64,000 bases of DNA. It comes from Lingula anatina (Eukaryota > Animalia > Brachiopoda). The stretch spans positions 14,570,001-14,634,000 of the forward strand of contig CM120641.1 in NCBI GenBank assembly GCA_051362555.1. The letters run 5' to 3'. The notes beneath the pieces were generated by a model that saw only the letters and a program-made list of their open reading frames with translations, made no database searches and was not told where the DNA came from. The position numbers were made by a program, and so were the translations under genes. Shown one piece after another: positions 1 through 14,063 of this stretch. The stretch's first letter is position 1; each line of letters starts with the position of its first letter.

Positions 1-316
1 AAAGGTCAAATAAATTCTTATCTCAGATTACATTACACAGTGCCAACAGCCTTGCTTAATGCTATGATTATTATGATGATCCCAATAGCGCACGCACATA
101 CATGTAGATTTAGGAATTCTTTCTCCATTTGCTGATGGAAAATAGTCTGAAAACTGTATTAGGCACCAAACTTTTGTTATTTTTTACAAAAGGGTTGCAT
201 AAAATGACTGAAATATATAAAGTAGAATTATGTAACTTCAAAAAATTTTAATTTCACACATGGAATATAAATATATCATTTGATAAGTTATGTATTATGA
301 TTTAATTGTTTCACAG

Positions 317-1539
317 GGAATGCATCCAGTTGCAAACAAATCACAGCTTCAAGTAGTATGAGAGACGTACAGTGGGCCACTTCTTACTGTACCATTAGCT
401 TCAATACCTGTGGTGAGTACGGCATTGAAATGTAAAGGTTAATATGTGACATGGAACAGATATTTCAAAAGATTTTTTAAGGTAAGATAAAAAGACTAAC
501 TATCTGTTAAATACTTCATTGCAAGGTAGGATATTGATTTGGGTGTTCACTCTTAAAGACTGAATATATTTCCTGTGTGTAATTCTTAGTGATACTTTAG
601 TTATTTTATCAAAGTTGACTTCTTTATTGCTGGTTGATGGCATGGTCTGATTTATGGTGTCTTTAAATCTGTGGTGTAAAATTGATATTTTGGATATTTG
701 TCTGCAGATATGCACTGGTGCTGCAATCATGAGACTAAAATTGCTGCTATATTTCATTGTCAATATTTGAATGTTTTACTGCTGATAAATGAATAACTTT
801 TTTTGTTTCTTTGCACAATATAGAATTTTAGATGGAGGTACCTTTTATATTTATATGGCTTCAGTGCCCCCATGGTATATAGTTATGTGTGTGTAAACTG
901 TTGTATTTCAGGCATCTGGCCAGAGGGAGCTGACGGTACGGATGTCAATGGCAGCAGTCGTGCTCACAAGGCAGATCTCCTGGCTAGTGCTGATGACTAT
1001 GGGAAAGTGAACCTCTACAGATACCCTTCAACACACATTGAGGTGAGAGTGTTTTTAAAGTTCTTTTGAAAATTTGACTGGTGCTGAAATTTTGGTTGGT
1101 GCGAAACTGTGTATTTTGTTCACCATAGCCTATAAATAAATGAGGTGCAGTTTTTTGTATGAAATTGGGCTTATGTTGCATATTTTCTGTTCGATCTCCA
1201 CAAATTGAATAGAACATATTGGTAATTGTGATTATGTAATCTTCAAACGTTTTTATAAATTTTTATAAGGGATTTTGAGGTATTTCAAATAACCTCAGTA
1301 TGAAGGAAATGGTCACCTTTCAGGTAAATGTATTGAATTAAGAGGTACAATTTCTAATGACTATATCTCTTTGCATAGATACAGTCTTTGAATCTGTCAT
1401 TCTATTGTTCTAGGCTGGGCATCGGGCTTATGGTGGCCATAGTAGTCATGTGACTGCTGTCCGCTTCCTTCATGATGATAGTCGTCTGCTTTCAACTGGA
1501 GGGAAGGATGCCGGAATTCTTCAGTGGGAGATTTTATAA
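317..1539 (+). CDS. EML: Echinoderm microtubule-associated protein-like (EML/EMAP family), last three coding exons; gene is 5'-truncated by the window
   Basis: Exons 317-412, 912-1042 and 1414-1539 have AG/GT boundaries and matching phases. They translate to (W)NASSCKQITASSSMRDVQWATSYCTISFNTCGIWPEGADGTDVN...LASADDYGKVNLYRYP...GGHSSHVTAVRFLHDDSRLLSTGGKDAGILQWEIL*, the EML C-terminal WD40 repeats. The paralogue cannot be assigned. Confidence 0.95.
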
Positions 1540-1920
1540 AGATTCTCAAGAATGAGTAATCTGCTTTCTATTGATACTGATAATATGAATGGATTTTCAG
1601 AAAAGAAAGTATACATAATATGACTTGATTAATGTTGAAACAAAAAAGGGTAAGGATGCTAATTAATTGTTAAAAATCATGTCTCCAATGACTGATGAAG
1701 TTATTTCATTGTAGATGAAAATACATGAAGTGAAAGTGTTTGAAGTATTGTGAATGCCATCTTTTGATAGTGGGTTTAACAGTCAGTTTAAGTCCTTTTG
1801 TTTGAAAAGGTTCTCAGATGAAAAACATTAAATCTTGACCTAATACTTTGATATAATAAGAAATGGAATTATCTCATTTATACTTCTAAATATATTTTCT
1901 TTGGCTTGGTCTAAAAAATT

Positions 1921-1946
1921 TTATTTTATTTTTTTATTTATTTATT

Positions 1947-1982
<36 letters not shown>

Positions 1983-1996
1983 TTTTTTTTTTTTTT
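1921..1996. repeat. (TTTA)n/(TTA)n/poly-T simple repeat
   Basis: Directly visible downstream of the EML stop codon. Confidence 0.9.
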
Positions 1997-4900
1997 GAAA
2001 TTTTGATACATAATTTTGTTTTTGTTTAATTACTTGCAGTGTTTCACTTATTATAATAAGACTTGGCCTAAATGTCTTCTCAGAATTCTCAGAGTGAAAG
2101 TGGATTGCTATTATGTACTGTTTTCTTAGAAATTTTGATGGCCCCAAGCTTACTGTACACCAGATAAATTCAGTATTATTGGGGACAGATAGAGCCTTTT
2201 AGATAAAAAGAAAATTTGTGTTTAATGTTTTTCTTCCCATAAATAATAGAAATTAATCTAGCTGTAAAAAGATTTAGAGATTACAGTATACTGTAGGATA
2301 TAGGATAAGGTTGATATGGAATTAGTATTGTATGTGAACAAGATATATGAAAAAGTTCACTGTCAATGATAATAATTATGAATATATTGTAGTCATTTTC
2401 TTTTAAAGATGTTTTTCATATACAAAAAAGCAGTGGATTAACATTACAATGAGCAGATAAAAGTAATTTGAGTATATCATTTGTGTTTGTGTACTCTCTG
2501 TAAAATGACTTCATTTGATATTTGAATTGTTTTTATGAATTTAAAGACCTAAATGTATGCCTCTTATAATATGGCAGCATTTTCAATATACTACTTAAAA
2601 TTATTTTGCATGTTTTCTTCATGTGGCATATTTGTCTGGATTGCTAAAAATCTGTTAATGTTTATATTAGCACTAATAAACAAGTGGTCAACTATCCTCT
2701 TTAAGCATATTTTTATTTTAGGTGTTTTTATTTATGCAAAAGAAAACTCAATCCTTTAAAGTATTTATTTGTTTATTTATTTATTTGTTTATTGAGAAAA
2801 CTAGACAATAAATTCCACAAGAGAGAAAATAAGTTTAGAGTTTTTGATAGTGAACTTACCTATGGTTACTTTATGTAAAAAATAAACCAATGTCTAGATA
2901 TAGCAATCTTTTTTTCATGGAGGTTTGGTATGGCACCTGTAGCAAGATTGAACAAGATCAATCATTAATATAGCCCACCATATATCACAACTGGTATCAC
3001 CTGCTATAGTGTGGTATCTTAATGATGCTATTGCAGTGTCCTTTATCAACCTAATTTGTGTTTTTTTGTATATCTGAGGTTTTGTAGCACACTGTGTAGA
3101 AATAATGTCATAACTTGGAACTCCAAAGATAATCAATACTTTAAATGAAAGAAAAAATACAGGCTATTAACAGTGTGCATAGTTCATATCGGTATTCAAC
3201 CTTCAAATAATTTTTCGCTAAAAAACTGATTTTGTTGCGTGATAGGTGAGGTCTGCAGCTTTCAGTTCATCTCACAAAAAAGGGAGGTGATTTCTATGTA
3301 AAATTATCTTGAACCCAATGGAATAAGATATTTCAACAGTTTTATCATGCTTGATTAACTTTGTCTTCAATGTTAGAGGCATACATGAGAAGATGTGTGT
3401 CAGGTTTCTCCACATGTACACTTCAGTAACACATAACCCACAAATTTCATAGAAGGAAATTAGAAAAGAATCGCAATTGAATAACATTGTGCATGATAGA
3501 AACCAAATAACACTTAGCAAGATAGAAATTGAATAACATGTCTCATGCAATCGTATGTAGTGCTCGTCTTTCATGATATGTGGCATGATATATTTTTCAA
3601 TTTCAAATACATATACAGACACTCTGTATGTATAAAAATCCTGGAATGGTGAGAGTATGTTGTGTAATGAGACATATGCAAGTTGCAACAGTGTGTATCA
3701 TAGCTTTTGGGTGAGCTTGAGATATTCCCCATTTAGCATGACATGATTTATTCCTCTGGCCTTTTCTTTTCATCCATTTTGGCCTCCTGCCAAATTTGCC
3801 TTGCATCAAAACATAATTATTTGTTAGTCCATCATTTCTTACAAAAACAAGTTCATTATCTCATTTGGCTTTGCAGTTTTCCTCCTTATAGTTCTTTGTG
3901 CATATTTTTTTTGTCTTGTTATGTAATTATAGCTGTCTAGTGTGCTCTCTGTACATATGCAACAGTATTAGAGAATTACACCTCAGATAACATGTCAGGT
4001 TATGTTTCAACACTTTCCTGAATGGATTCCTACTATACTCTAAGGAATAAGATGTGCCCAATTACAAGTCATCATATGGTACTATAACCACAGGGTAACA
4101 TTAAGACAGTTACTTGGCTCTAATCTAAATGTTATGCCAATGCTTTTCAAAGCAACCTTTTGCAGATTGAAACTGGCAATATGCTGGGAACCACTTGGGT
4201 TGCTTTATGTTACTCTATATAAAAGTAGGCCTAACTGCTTAACATACCTGTAGGTATAGCGGTTAAAAAGCAAGTGAGGGAGTAACCCACCTGAAGTTTC
4301 AGACAACACAGGAAACTTGGGTCCTTTTTACTTGGTGTGTTACACATGTCATCATCAAAACTCATAGACTTGTTCTAAAATGTACTTGTGCTACTGGGGG
4401 TTTTATTCCCTTTAACAAGTTTGCTTCCAACTTTTTGGACTTAACAAAATTAATTTTGTTATAACTGGCTGTGTCAAGCATGGGGGTTCTGTCTCTTACG
4501 CAGTAGCCAGGCTATTTGGTTGTCCATCTTTCTAAGTTTTTTTGATACAGATAAATGTTATGGAGGATGTGATAAGGGCCTTAAAATATGCTGACAGTAG
4601 ACAGGTGAGTTGCCAGTGTCTGGGGGTGAGAGCAACCCAGCTTGGCCAGGGAATACTTGACCTGGTGTACAGAGGTCATCATGCTCATATTTATAACCTG
4701 GCAAAAAATTGAAAATAACACTATTTGTCTGTTTGTTTAATAATATTTTCTTGTGACAGAAAGATGTCAAGTTTTCAACTTTTCACACAATTACACAATG
4801 GAAAGTAGAAAACTGAAAGACCCAGACCTAATTATCGGCGGTAGTTATGTAAAAGCAGTGGATGTCAAATATCTTGGGTATGACAGGTAGGGTGATTTTT

Positions 4901-7900
4901 TACTTTCATGTTGTGCCATGAAAATGTATAAATTCATGTGCAATATAATGTTTATGGAAAATAAAATGGACTTCACTGCAGTACATACCTTCAATAAATT
5001 ATTTCAATGAAAATCCTGATCGATCTCCATTTTTTGTATTAAAAAAAAAAGAAGATTTTTAAGGTTATAAATTTTGCTTGCTCTTCATTGCAGAGGCAAA
5101 TTTCGAGCGTGGAGAGACTTAATTAAGATATCTCTGTGCAGTATTCAAGTTTCCTTTACCCCATGCAGCTTTGGACAGCGGGGGTTAGTGTAAACTGCAC
5201 AGTTACCCCCACATTAGTGGATGTGGTGCATACATGCCAGGGATGTCTTCAAAAGATATTATCTTCCAGCGGAGATCTAGAAATAATGAGGATGTACAAT
5301 GTACAAATCTGGCAGGTCAGAGTATAATCCAGAAGGGGTGGAGCCCATAAATATTGCATTGAGCTCTCAGAGGAGCACCATTGCATACATGGCAAGTATC
5401 TCAAGAGCCATTATGAATCAGAAATAGAAGTACAGAAACATCTGATACCACCTCTTTCACAATGTATGTACCAATGTAATATTTCCTGAAGTTAGGTTAA
5501 TGGAACCCTTCTAACCTCTTACATAATATTATTTTTTTGCAGAAGCCACCTTATGCCATGGTAATTATCAGTTTATTCAGTTACTTTAAATGTATATATG
5601 TTAAAACCAAAAAACAAACGCTCAGTCACGGTCAGCTCACGACTCCTATCTTCCAATTCAGTAACAGTTAACATAAACTGATCCTGGCATAACCGAGCTA
5701 TTTCGAACAATAAATATCAATTATATACAAGCTTGCGTAATGGGAAGACAGTTAAGCTATTGCTTAATATTATTAGGGCAGGCCATATGCACTTCAGTGT
5801 TAAAAGTTTTCTGGTCTGGTAGCTGTTTGTTTTCCTTTCATACCTAAAACAGCATGAAAATGTCAGTGATGAGTTGGACTGGCATTCAGAGTCATGTACT
5901 CAGTGTACTGGTACCAATAGATTTCCCAAAGTCAATTAAATTAAGGTTTATATATCTTACTCATATATTAAGCTTGGAGAAATGCATGGTGAAAATCAGT
6001 TTAAGTCATTGACCACTGGTTGTGTTCACACCCACTTGATGGCAGAGTTATAGTAGTTCTGTTGTATATAAAAGCAATCTGTCATAATTAATGATATATA
6101 TATGGACATTATAGCAGCAAGCAACTTCCCTTTCCATATGATAACAATTTGGAAGTACTGACTGATGTAAGAAATTAATTCTCAAGCTGGGCATATATTG
6201 TGAGCAGACCCTTAAGTTGGGAGAGATTGATGCATTGCACAAGTCTGGACTGTGTATATTTCTGTTTTTAATATGATGAAGAGGAATGATCTTTGCATGA
6301 CATATGATAAAGCAGCTGCTGGTGGTTGTCAAGAATAAAAAAGAGTTCTATACTGGTACACCTGAGGAGTTTAGTTGATTAATTGGCATATTGAACTTGT
6401 TTTTTTCAAGGTTCAAACTAATTCCTCTGCACCATTGCACAGATATCCCATGGTCAGTAAGCTAAAATTATGCTCCAAGTTTAGTTTCATATCTTCACAT
6501 TGATGGTTTGGTGAACCAATGTTATATCTCCCTATTTGTCAGTTCATTTTTTCATTTATCTATTTTAGTCCTACTACCACAAGGAGGAACTAGTGGTTTA
6601 CAGTCACTGTGCTACATGTGTTCAATTACCATCATATCCTCCTAACCTTTAACAAATGCAAGTACCTGTTCAGCCCAACATACAGAATTTGGAACAGTAT
6701 TCTCTTTTGAAATGATAAATACTAAACTTATTCATCCAACTTCTGAAATGGTAACTAATAGTATTTAAATAGTAAATAATATTTTAAGAATGGAATGTAA
6801 GTAATGCATTTACCATCATATGCCACTTAAGATTTTTTACAGACCCAGGCCAAAACTCTTGGTAGTTTTCCATTCAGTTTTTGGTGTGATATGCTTCTTT
6901 TGAAATTTTAATGAAAAACATTAAACATATTAGAATAATACAATAATAACTATTTGACTCAAGCTAGGAATTAAATTTTTCCTCATGCATACTTTAGCTT
7001 GTGGCCGACCTGCTTGTGGGCCTACACCAGACTGACTTGAGTAAAAAATGGCCTCTATACCACTCAGTGGTCAGTGAATAACAACACCTTCTCACATCAG
7101 TCTGATGAAGGATTACTACATGTACCAGGTTGAACACAAGCTAACTTATGGTGAGAAAAAAATTCTCAGCTTGTGTCTAATAAGTTTTATTTGTATACAA
7201 ATACCAAGCTAATGAACAATTTTACTCAAAATTATCCTTGCATCTCCCATTGTTTATTACAACTTAGGAAAAATTGATATTAGCCTTCTCAAGATTTCTG
7301 CCTTACTGCCAATATTTTGTCTCTTGGGTAACAACTTCTTGTTGCTTGAAAAATCAGCATGATTGAGTAAGCTACATTAATTTTATTTCCCATATCAATG
7401 TTCATCTAGTAATACCCAAGAAAACATTATTTAAAAACTCTGAAACTTGGAGCAAATTTGGGAGAATGTCGATCAGTAATGAGAATCTAAGCCCAGCTGA
7501 CTTGCAATATATTAATTACATAACTGATATATCTGTGATTGGTTTTATATTATGTAATTTCTGACACATATCATACAGTATATGTATTCAAGATCGGATA
7601 CCAGGAACCATTCTCACTTGACATCATCTGAACTCTGAAAGTTCATTCCTCATGGTATGGCTACTTATAAAATTACTGACAGACACCCAGCAAGAAATCA
7701 TCCCTAGGTTAATAGCTTGCATCTCTCTTCCTGTGAAAGCACAGTGTTAGTGCCAAAAGTTCATGTACACCCCCAAAAGAAAAAAAAACTGCAGAAATGT
7801 TCTGCAGAGATCACATTTCTCTCCATCTGTTTTGCAATGCCTGCTATGTTACGGCTTTCTCTGAAGAGGGATGTTAAATATGATAATTACTGAGGATTTA

Positions 7901-8981
7901 TTTTCTTTCAAAGTTTCATTCTTTGTTTTTTTTTCCATCTTTGCTTTTTCTTTTCCTTTATTAAAGCTTGTAAGATGTTAAAGATATAGTGCTCCGTATC
8001 ATTAAAAATTAAGATTAGTTCTGTCATGTTTCTCAGAAATTGCAATCATATGAGCTGGGACAAATTTGTAACCAAATTTATGTGGATGACTTTTAAAGCA
8101 GAACATGGCATTTGTCAGTGTATCAGGTGTGCGTTAGCAAATTGCAAGTAAAGTATTAGGTTTGACATTAAGGTATGTAATTTGTTTAACATTGAGTGTT
8201 AGTAGATTATTTGCAAATTTGTCTTTCTTAGTCATAAAATGATATGAATTTCCACATCTCCTCTCCAAAATATGGTTCGATTATTATTTCATTTCTCATT
8301 TACATCTCTCTGACCTAAGTGAGTTAGAGCTCAATTGGTTTTTCAAAAAGTGACAAAATGATGCCATAGATTTGTTTGACTTGTTGAGAATGCCTTTGTA
8401 AATAATTCAGAAAATAACAAAAGAAAAAAGTCTTAAAGACAAATGAGCAACGGTAAGAATTTTTTCCTTTTTTTACTTATTGATTCTAGATACTGGAAAT
8501 GAAAGCTATTATGGACTCAAGTCTAAAATGCTAGGACTGATTTATCTGAAATAATGATATAATAGAGAAGGTAAATCATGAAAGGTAGACTATCCAGGAT
8601 GAAAATAAACAGATTAGGCTTCACTTGTGCGTCATTACCATGATGGTTTCATTTATGGTTTGTTTCACAACCTGCCCTCCACTCATTTACAGCTGGCATT
8701 TGAACTCGAGATTGAACTTGAGATGATACTTCTACCAGACTGTGATAAGAAATGGAGATCAATCTTGTTGTGATTACTATTTTTCAAGTTTTAATTAATA
8801 TTTTTTCTGTTATTGTTTTATATACATGTTAGGGGCTGTCACAATGTTTTCCCTATTAAAAAAACTTACTTGAAAGGTTGTCTGAGACTCATCTTTGTGA
8901 CAAAAATTCTGACTGTATATCAACTAGTTCTGCCACTAGTTGCAATGGGAATCATATGAGAAATTGCCCAAAAAAAAAAAA

Positions 8982-8989
<8 letters not shown>

Positions 8990-9038
<49 letters not shown>
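8990..9038. repeat. (TA)n microsatellite
   Basis: About 24 uninterrupted AT units. Confidence 0.95.
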
Positions 9039-9042
<4 letters not shown>

Positions 9043-11831
9043 TGAGAATTACAGATATTTAAAGAATCTGAAAGCATATCTACAATATAGTATTTTGAAT
9101 GGATGGGAATGGGAATCATCAGAGATAGCCAAATTGTCACATGGTTTAAAGGGCAGGAAAAGTGCCATAAAACAGATTTTCCTGGGGTAAACGACAATTT
9201 TCCCATACTTTCCAATGGTTAATGAATCCGTTCCAATATTCAAAGTTGTTCAATATTGTTTTCTTAAGTGTGTATTTTTTAATAATCTCTTTTATGGTGG
9301 CATTCCCAGTGCAAAGACTCATTTTTTTTGTAAAAAAACTTAGCACCACCATGTCCAGATCCTTCCACATTTATCTAATTCTGTACCAGGGTATGCCACT
9401 CACTGCTGGCAGCCTCATTTTCTTGCTATCTCAGAAGATTTCCCTTGGTCAATGAATCTTATAACTGATTCAATGATCCTTGACCAACTAGTCCAGGCTA
9501 GCATATTAAGTTAAAAGAAATCAATTCAAGATTAAATACATATCTTTATAGACAGCAATGAATCTTATTCATATGAGTAGTACACATACCCTGTAAATTT
9601 TTTACGAAATAGTGTGGCCATCTCTTTAATTAATAGTTTTGATGGTCAGAGAAGAGTTCAGATATGTCACTTTGATCTTAAGTGAACATTTCTTTCAAAA
9701 ACACAAGTGACAAACTAAAGCATATTCAAAAATATTTTAGTAGGACAGTTAATATCACACGTGAAAAAATAATTTAGTTCTGTTTGTGTAAGTTGCAGGT
9801 AGCATTAACGATATCTTTGATTTTCACACTTTCACAGCAAATGGGTGATGTTGCTTCATGTAAAAGAATTTTTTAAAGTACTTATTAAAATAGAATTAAA
9901 TGTGAACTTTTGAGGTTACTCATAATGACAGATATGGAGGCAAGTTACACAGATGTGTACATCAATTACAAATCAGCCATATATAACATAACCTGAAATC
10001 AATTGACAATTAACCTCTCACCCTTCTTGCAAAATACTGATTACTGTTCAGAATTCTATGTAGAAGCAAGCATTACTTCTTTCACAGGTTCCGTTAGCAT
10101 GATGTATGATCACTTACAATACACAAGAAACCTTAGCAATCCAGGGGTTATCTACTATCAGTTTTCATTTATTTGCTTGTTTTTTACAGTAAAATTTTTA
10201 AGTACCTTGAATCATGTCAGACAAAATGTTTCAAGTAGACAAAAATATAATCTTCAAGTGGAAGAGGGAGATTGATACGAGACACTTGTTATGTTCTGTA
10301 TTTACCTGCTAGGTGATAAATATAATGTGATGAAAAAGAAAACACTAAAAGAGAGAAAGAGTATTACAAAATTGTATAAGCTGATAGAACCACTGTATGT
10401 GCACGAGCACAAACACAATAGGAATTACATAGGGTGGTATTTGCTTTCCTCTTTTTGTCAAAAGCTATCAATTCTGAGTGACTAGTAGCCATTCTGACCC
10501 CATTATTTAATACGAAGAACTGTACATGCAAATTTTTGATTTTTAAATTTTTCATTTGAATGTTTGGAAGAGCATGAATATGTCTGTAAAGAATAATCCT
10601 TAGAATACTGTATCTGCCCCTGCTTTCAGCTACAAAGAAACTAAGGAGCAACATTGCAAGAAAAACAAGATCTGAGATTGAAAATGTGTTTTCAATTGGG
10701 GGAACAGACTCCCCAACTATTTTTGATTCTTTGAGGGGTTAAGTTTTAGTGCTGGGTTGAAGACTGCAGCAATTCCAGGTAATCACTTCCCACCACTTCC
10801 TTGAAATTGCCAAGTGGCTGGTTCCCGATGCACCTGTCTTATGGTCTACTGTAAGACACTGCAGTACCTATAGTTTCAAGTCAGCTTTTCTTAAATGCAT
10901 TACAAAGTATGTTTCTTCAAACTTATTTTACACCAACTAATGATAAACCTGAACTGCAAGTTACAATGATTTCTGGGTACTATTTTTGACATAATAAATG
11001 ATCACTTAATTTAGTAAGTATAGTGTGCTTAACTGTACTCCTTGCATATGTCAGTAAATCATAATAGCTATATTTTGCTCACACAAAGTGCCAATTCTCG
11101 CACAGATTTGCTTGCACTCATATTTCTATAATATGTTACTTTTACTTAATGAATGTTCTTTGAGCAGTATTGCACATGAGGCTGTGTAATTATTGCTTGT
11201 TTTAATATGGTTCAAGTACTAGATTTCCTTGTACTGAACGGCTCTTCAAACTTGCCATGTATGTTAATTAACAGGATAGGATAGCATATCAATAGATGGA
11301 CTCCACAAGCTGATAATTTTAATACATAAAAGTGTGTGAAAAACATAATAAAACTGTTATACTTTTGTTAATGTGAAATGTTCCACTCACATAGTCTGAG
11401 AATCAGTTTAAAAATAAAATAGCATTAGTCATCCATGAGAAAAAAAAATTTAAGTGAATCTGAAGATTACCTGAATTACCTGAGCATGTTTCTACTTGTG
11501 GTAGGTGCAATATACTTGTTTCAGAATAAATCAACCATTTTAATTAAATTTTTTTTTTAGAAAAATATCCAGTAATCACCACAGAGTGAAAGAAAGAGAA
11601 TGTTAAGCTAAGAAAAAAATTAACTGAAATATAGGCATGCTCTTGGAAATCTCTGACATACTGCCTTTAGCTTAATGGCAGGTGCATTGTCTTCCGTTGA
11701 TCGCACGGGAGGTTTTGCAATTTTAGAGCTTTCCCTTTAAGTGGTGATACTGGGGTAGTCAAAAGCTATTGCTAATATCCATAATTTTCACTAATGTGAA
11801 TCAAAATATTAAGAAGAGATGATGTTATTAT

Positions 11832-11994
11832 TCAGAATAGGGGACTAGCTAGTCCAAAGGTCAAGTATAGCCGACCCACCTGAATTAATACTTCCCCATG
11901 GGATATCTATTCAGTGTTTGTTAGCAGATTAGACAGCAAGCTTTGTAGTGGGTCGCCATATTTGACCCTCAGACTAGTTAGCCCGCTATTCTGA
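11832..11994. mobile_element. Degenerate MITE-like inverted repeat
   Basis: The ~48-bp arm tcagaataggggactagctagtc...ccgacccac is an imperfect reverse complement of gtgggtcg...gactagttagcccgctattctga. No clear TSD. Confidence 0.55.
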
Positions 11995-13269
11995 TTGGGG
12001 CCTTGGATTGCGGTCTTAATGGTTTTGTTTCTTGCTGTGAAATTTATTAGCCATTCAAGGACTAGATTGAGTATTTCAAGTTTTGTTTAAAATCATTCTA
12101 ATTAACCCTTGAATTCAATTTTATGTAACATAAGCAAACAGGATGATGCATCCCTGAACCCAGTCAATGTTTCCAAGTGATCTCCGCTAAAATTATTTAA
12201 ATGATATCAGGAGTACTAAGTATTCTTGAATTTTTTCAGTGTGTACCTTCTAATAAAAAAGTAATTACTTTCCCCATTGCTGTGCTGATGTTTGTCAAAG
12301 TTGAAAATCTCACTTTGATGTAGAACTCAAAGCACACCTTTTGGGCATCATCTGAAGTGACATACAATTCTTAGAGATTTAAGCTTTTTGTTATCAAGCA
12401 CTCCCAAGATGATTCTGAGAATATGTCAATATAATACAGCTAAGAATGTGAATTCATCTCTAATAAAGTACGATTTGAAGGATGAGCAAGCAATCAATAC
12501 ACCGAGCTGCAAACCCCAGTTTCCTTGATTTGATAATAGCATTTACTTGGTATCTAAATAGGTTAGACAAAACTCAATATCTTCAAGTTGGACATTGCAC
12601 CTCTTCACAGCTTTATAAATTATAGAGCAAACCAAATAAGGTCAGGCTCTTCTGGCAGATCTGTTCAATCACAACTTTTAAAGTAAAGGTTCATTTTTCA
12701 GTATTACTATTTGCATCCACTAAAGCAGGTTCAATCTTTCCCTTACATCTACTGTTTCCAATTTTACTGTACACAATTCCTTGTGTGGCAGAGGGAATGC
12801 ACATTTATGCAGCCAATTGCTGTAATAGTCTAGTGAGGTTTTTGAAAAAAGGCTCTGCATAAGAGGCAAGGGGCATTTTGGGGTAAAAGTTGGGAACCAG
12901 GCTTATTAGCATAATTTTGGGATGCTGAATCCGATTAACCCGGTTCCCAAGCGAAATTTTGCGTTTTTAACGGTCTAATTTGCAAAAAAACAAAATGGCC
13001 GACAGATTACCTATTTTCTGCAATATCTCTGGAACTAGACAGGCAAATATGACAAATGAAGTGTCTTTACCTATATTTTCAGGGTCGAGGAACATTATTA
13101 AGATGTTTCTGTTAAAATTACATTTACGTAATTTTCCTAAATATGCAAATTAGGATCGCCATTACTGAAAAACCGTTTTACTTCTGTATCTCTGTAACTA
13201 GGTAAGCAAACATGACAAATGAAGTGTCTACACCTATGTTCTCAGGGTCAGGGAATGTGACAAATCAGA

Positions 13270-13800
13270 TGTCTTGTCTGATGGGTAGCACTGACTTTGT
13301 GAATCGTGTCCGAGTAGCACCTTTTATTGTTTCTTCCCTGTATCCGTCAAACACTAGTCAATCTGCTGATAGTTAGAACCTGCCTTCAGAACTGCTCTTA
13401 CGTATGTGTCAGCCAAACTACCAAAGGCCACTGCATTGTCAGGCTTTCCCAGTGAAATTGCCAGTGCTTGCCAATCAATTATAAGGCAAGGTGAGCAGAG
13501 GCGGATCCAGGATTATTTGAAGGGGGAAGTCCGCGGATGCAAAGCCTCCCCTCCACTTAGCAACAGGTTAGGGGCCTGTTGAAGGGCTACGAACAATTTT
13601 GATATTTAAGAGGGCGAACGGTGCCATTTGGTATGGTTTACAACTATGATTCAGCTAGTCAAAATTATAATTTCAAGACAAGAAATTCGAAGGGGGGGGG
13701 GGGGGGGTCAGGGCCCCCTTGAGCCCCCCTCTAAATCCGCCACTTGGTTAGGAGTCATTCAGTTTAATTTCATCAGGGCAGAATACGTCTTCTGTTAAAC
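13270..13800 (-). pseudogene. Fragment of an XPG/PIN-like nuclease domain from an Academ-type transposase, interrupted by a MITE
   Basis: After removing 13496-13745 and one TSD copy, the minus strand reads LTEDVFCPDEIKLNDSSPCLIIDWQALAISLGKPDNAVAFGSLADTYVRAVLKAGSNYQQID, then after a frameshift VFDGYREETIKGATRTR. This fits the IIDG...VVFDRY..SIK..R.RR PIN-fold pattern. Confidence 0.7.
13496..13745. mobile_element. MITE of the CAG(G/T)GGCGGAT...ATCCGCCACTG type with a 6-bp TSD
   Basis: Ends cagaggcggatccag and ctaaatccgccactt. Flanks ggtgag/ggttag match 5/6. Excising it restores the reading frame of the host transposase relic. Confidence 0.75.
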
Positions 13801-14063
13801 TTTCTGTTACAGATTTGGTCTCAACGAAATCGTTTAGAAGCTTGAGATACTGCTCAGACTTGCTATTAATACAGAAATGTTTTCTGTATCGTCAATCATT
13901 TAATTGGATTCAATAGAATATCAGAAGATTAAAGTTAAAATTCAAGAAATTTTGTAAATTAAAATGAAACGATACCAACGGGTAACCAGTAATAATAGGC
14001 TAATGGAAAAATCGCTGAAATGGATGAGGTGAGATGTCATCGTGTACTTAAAGTATACACATA

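Noticed and set aside
1692-1722. CTGATGA...GAAA downstream of EML as a hammerhead
   Set aside because: No supporting helices; expected by chance.
7095-7145. CTGATGA...GAAC as a Penelope-type hammerhead ribozyme
   Set aside because: GAAA core is broken and I could not build stems I-III. At most a decayed relic.
5000-12800. Short ORFs between EML and the transposon
   Set aside because: No recognisable protein motifs or chain of in-phase exons; treated as intergenic or UTR.
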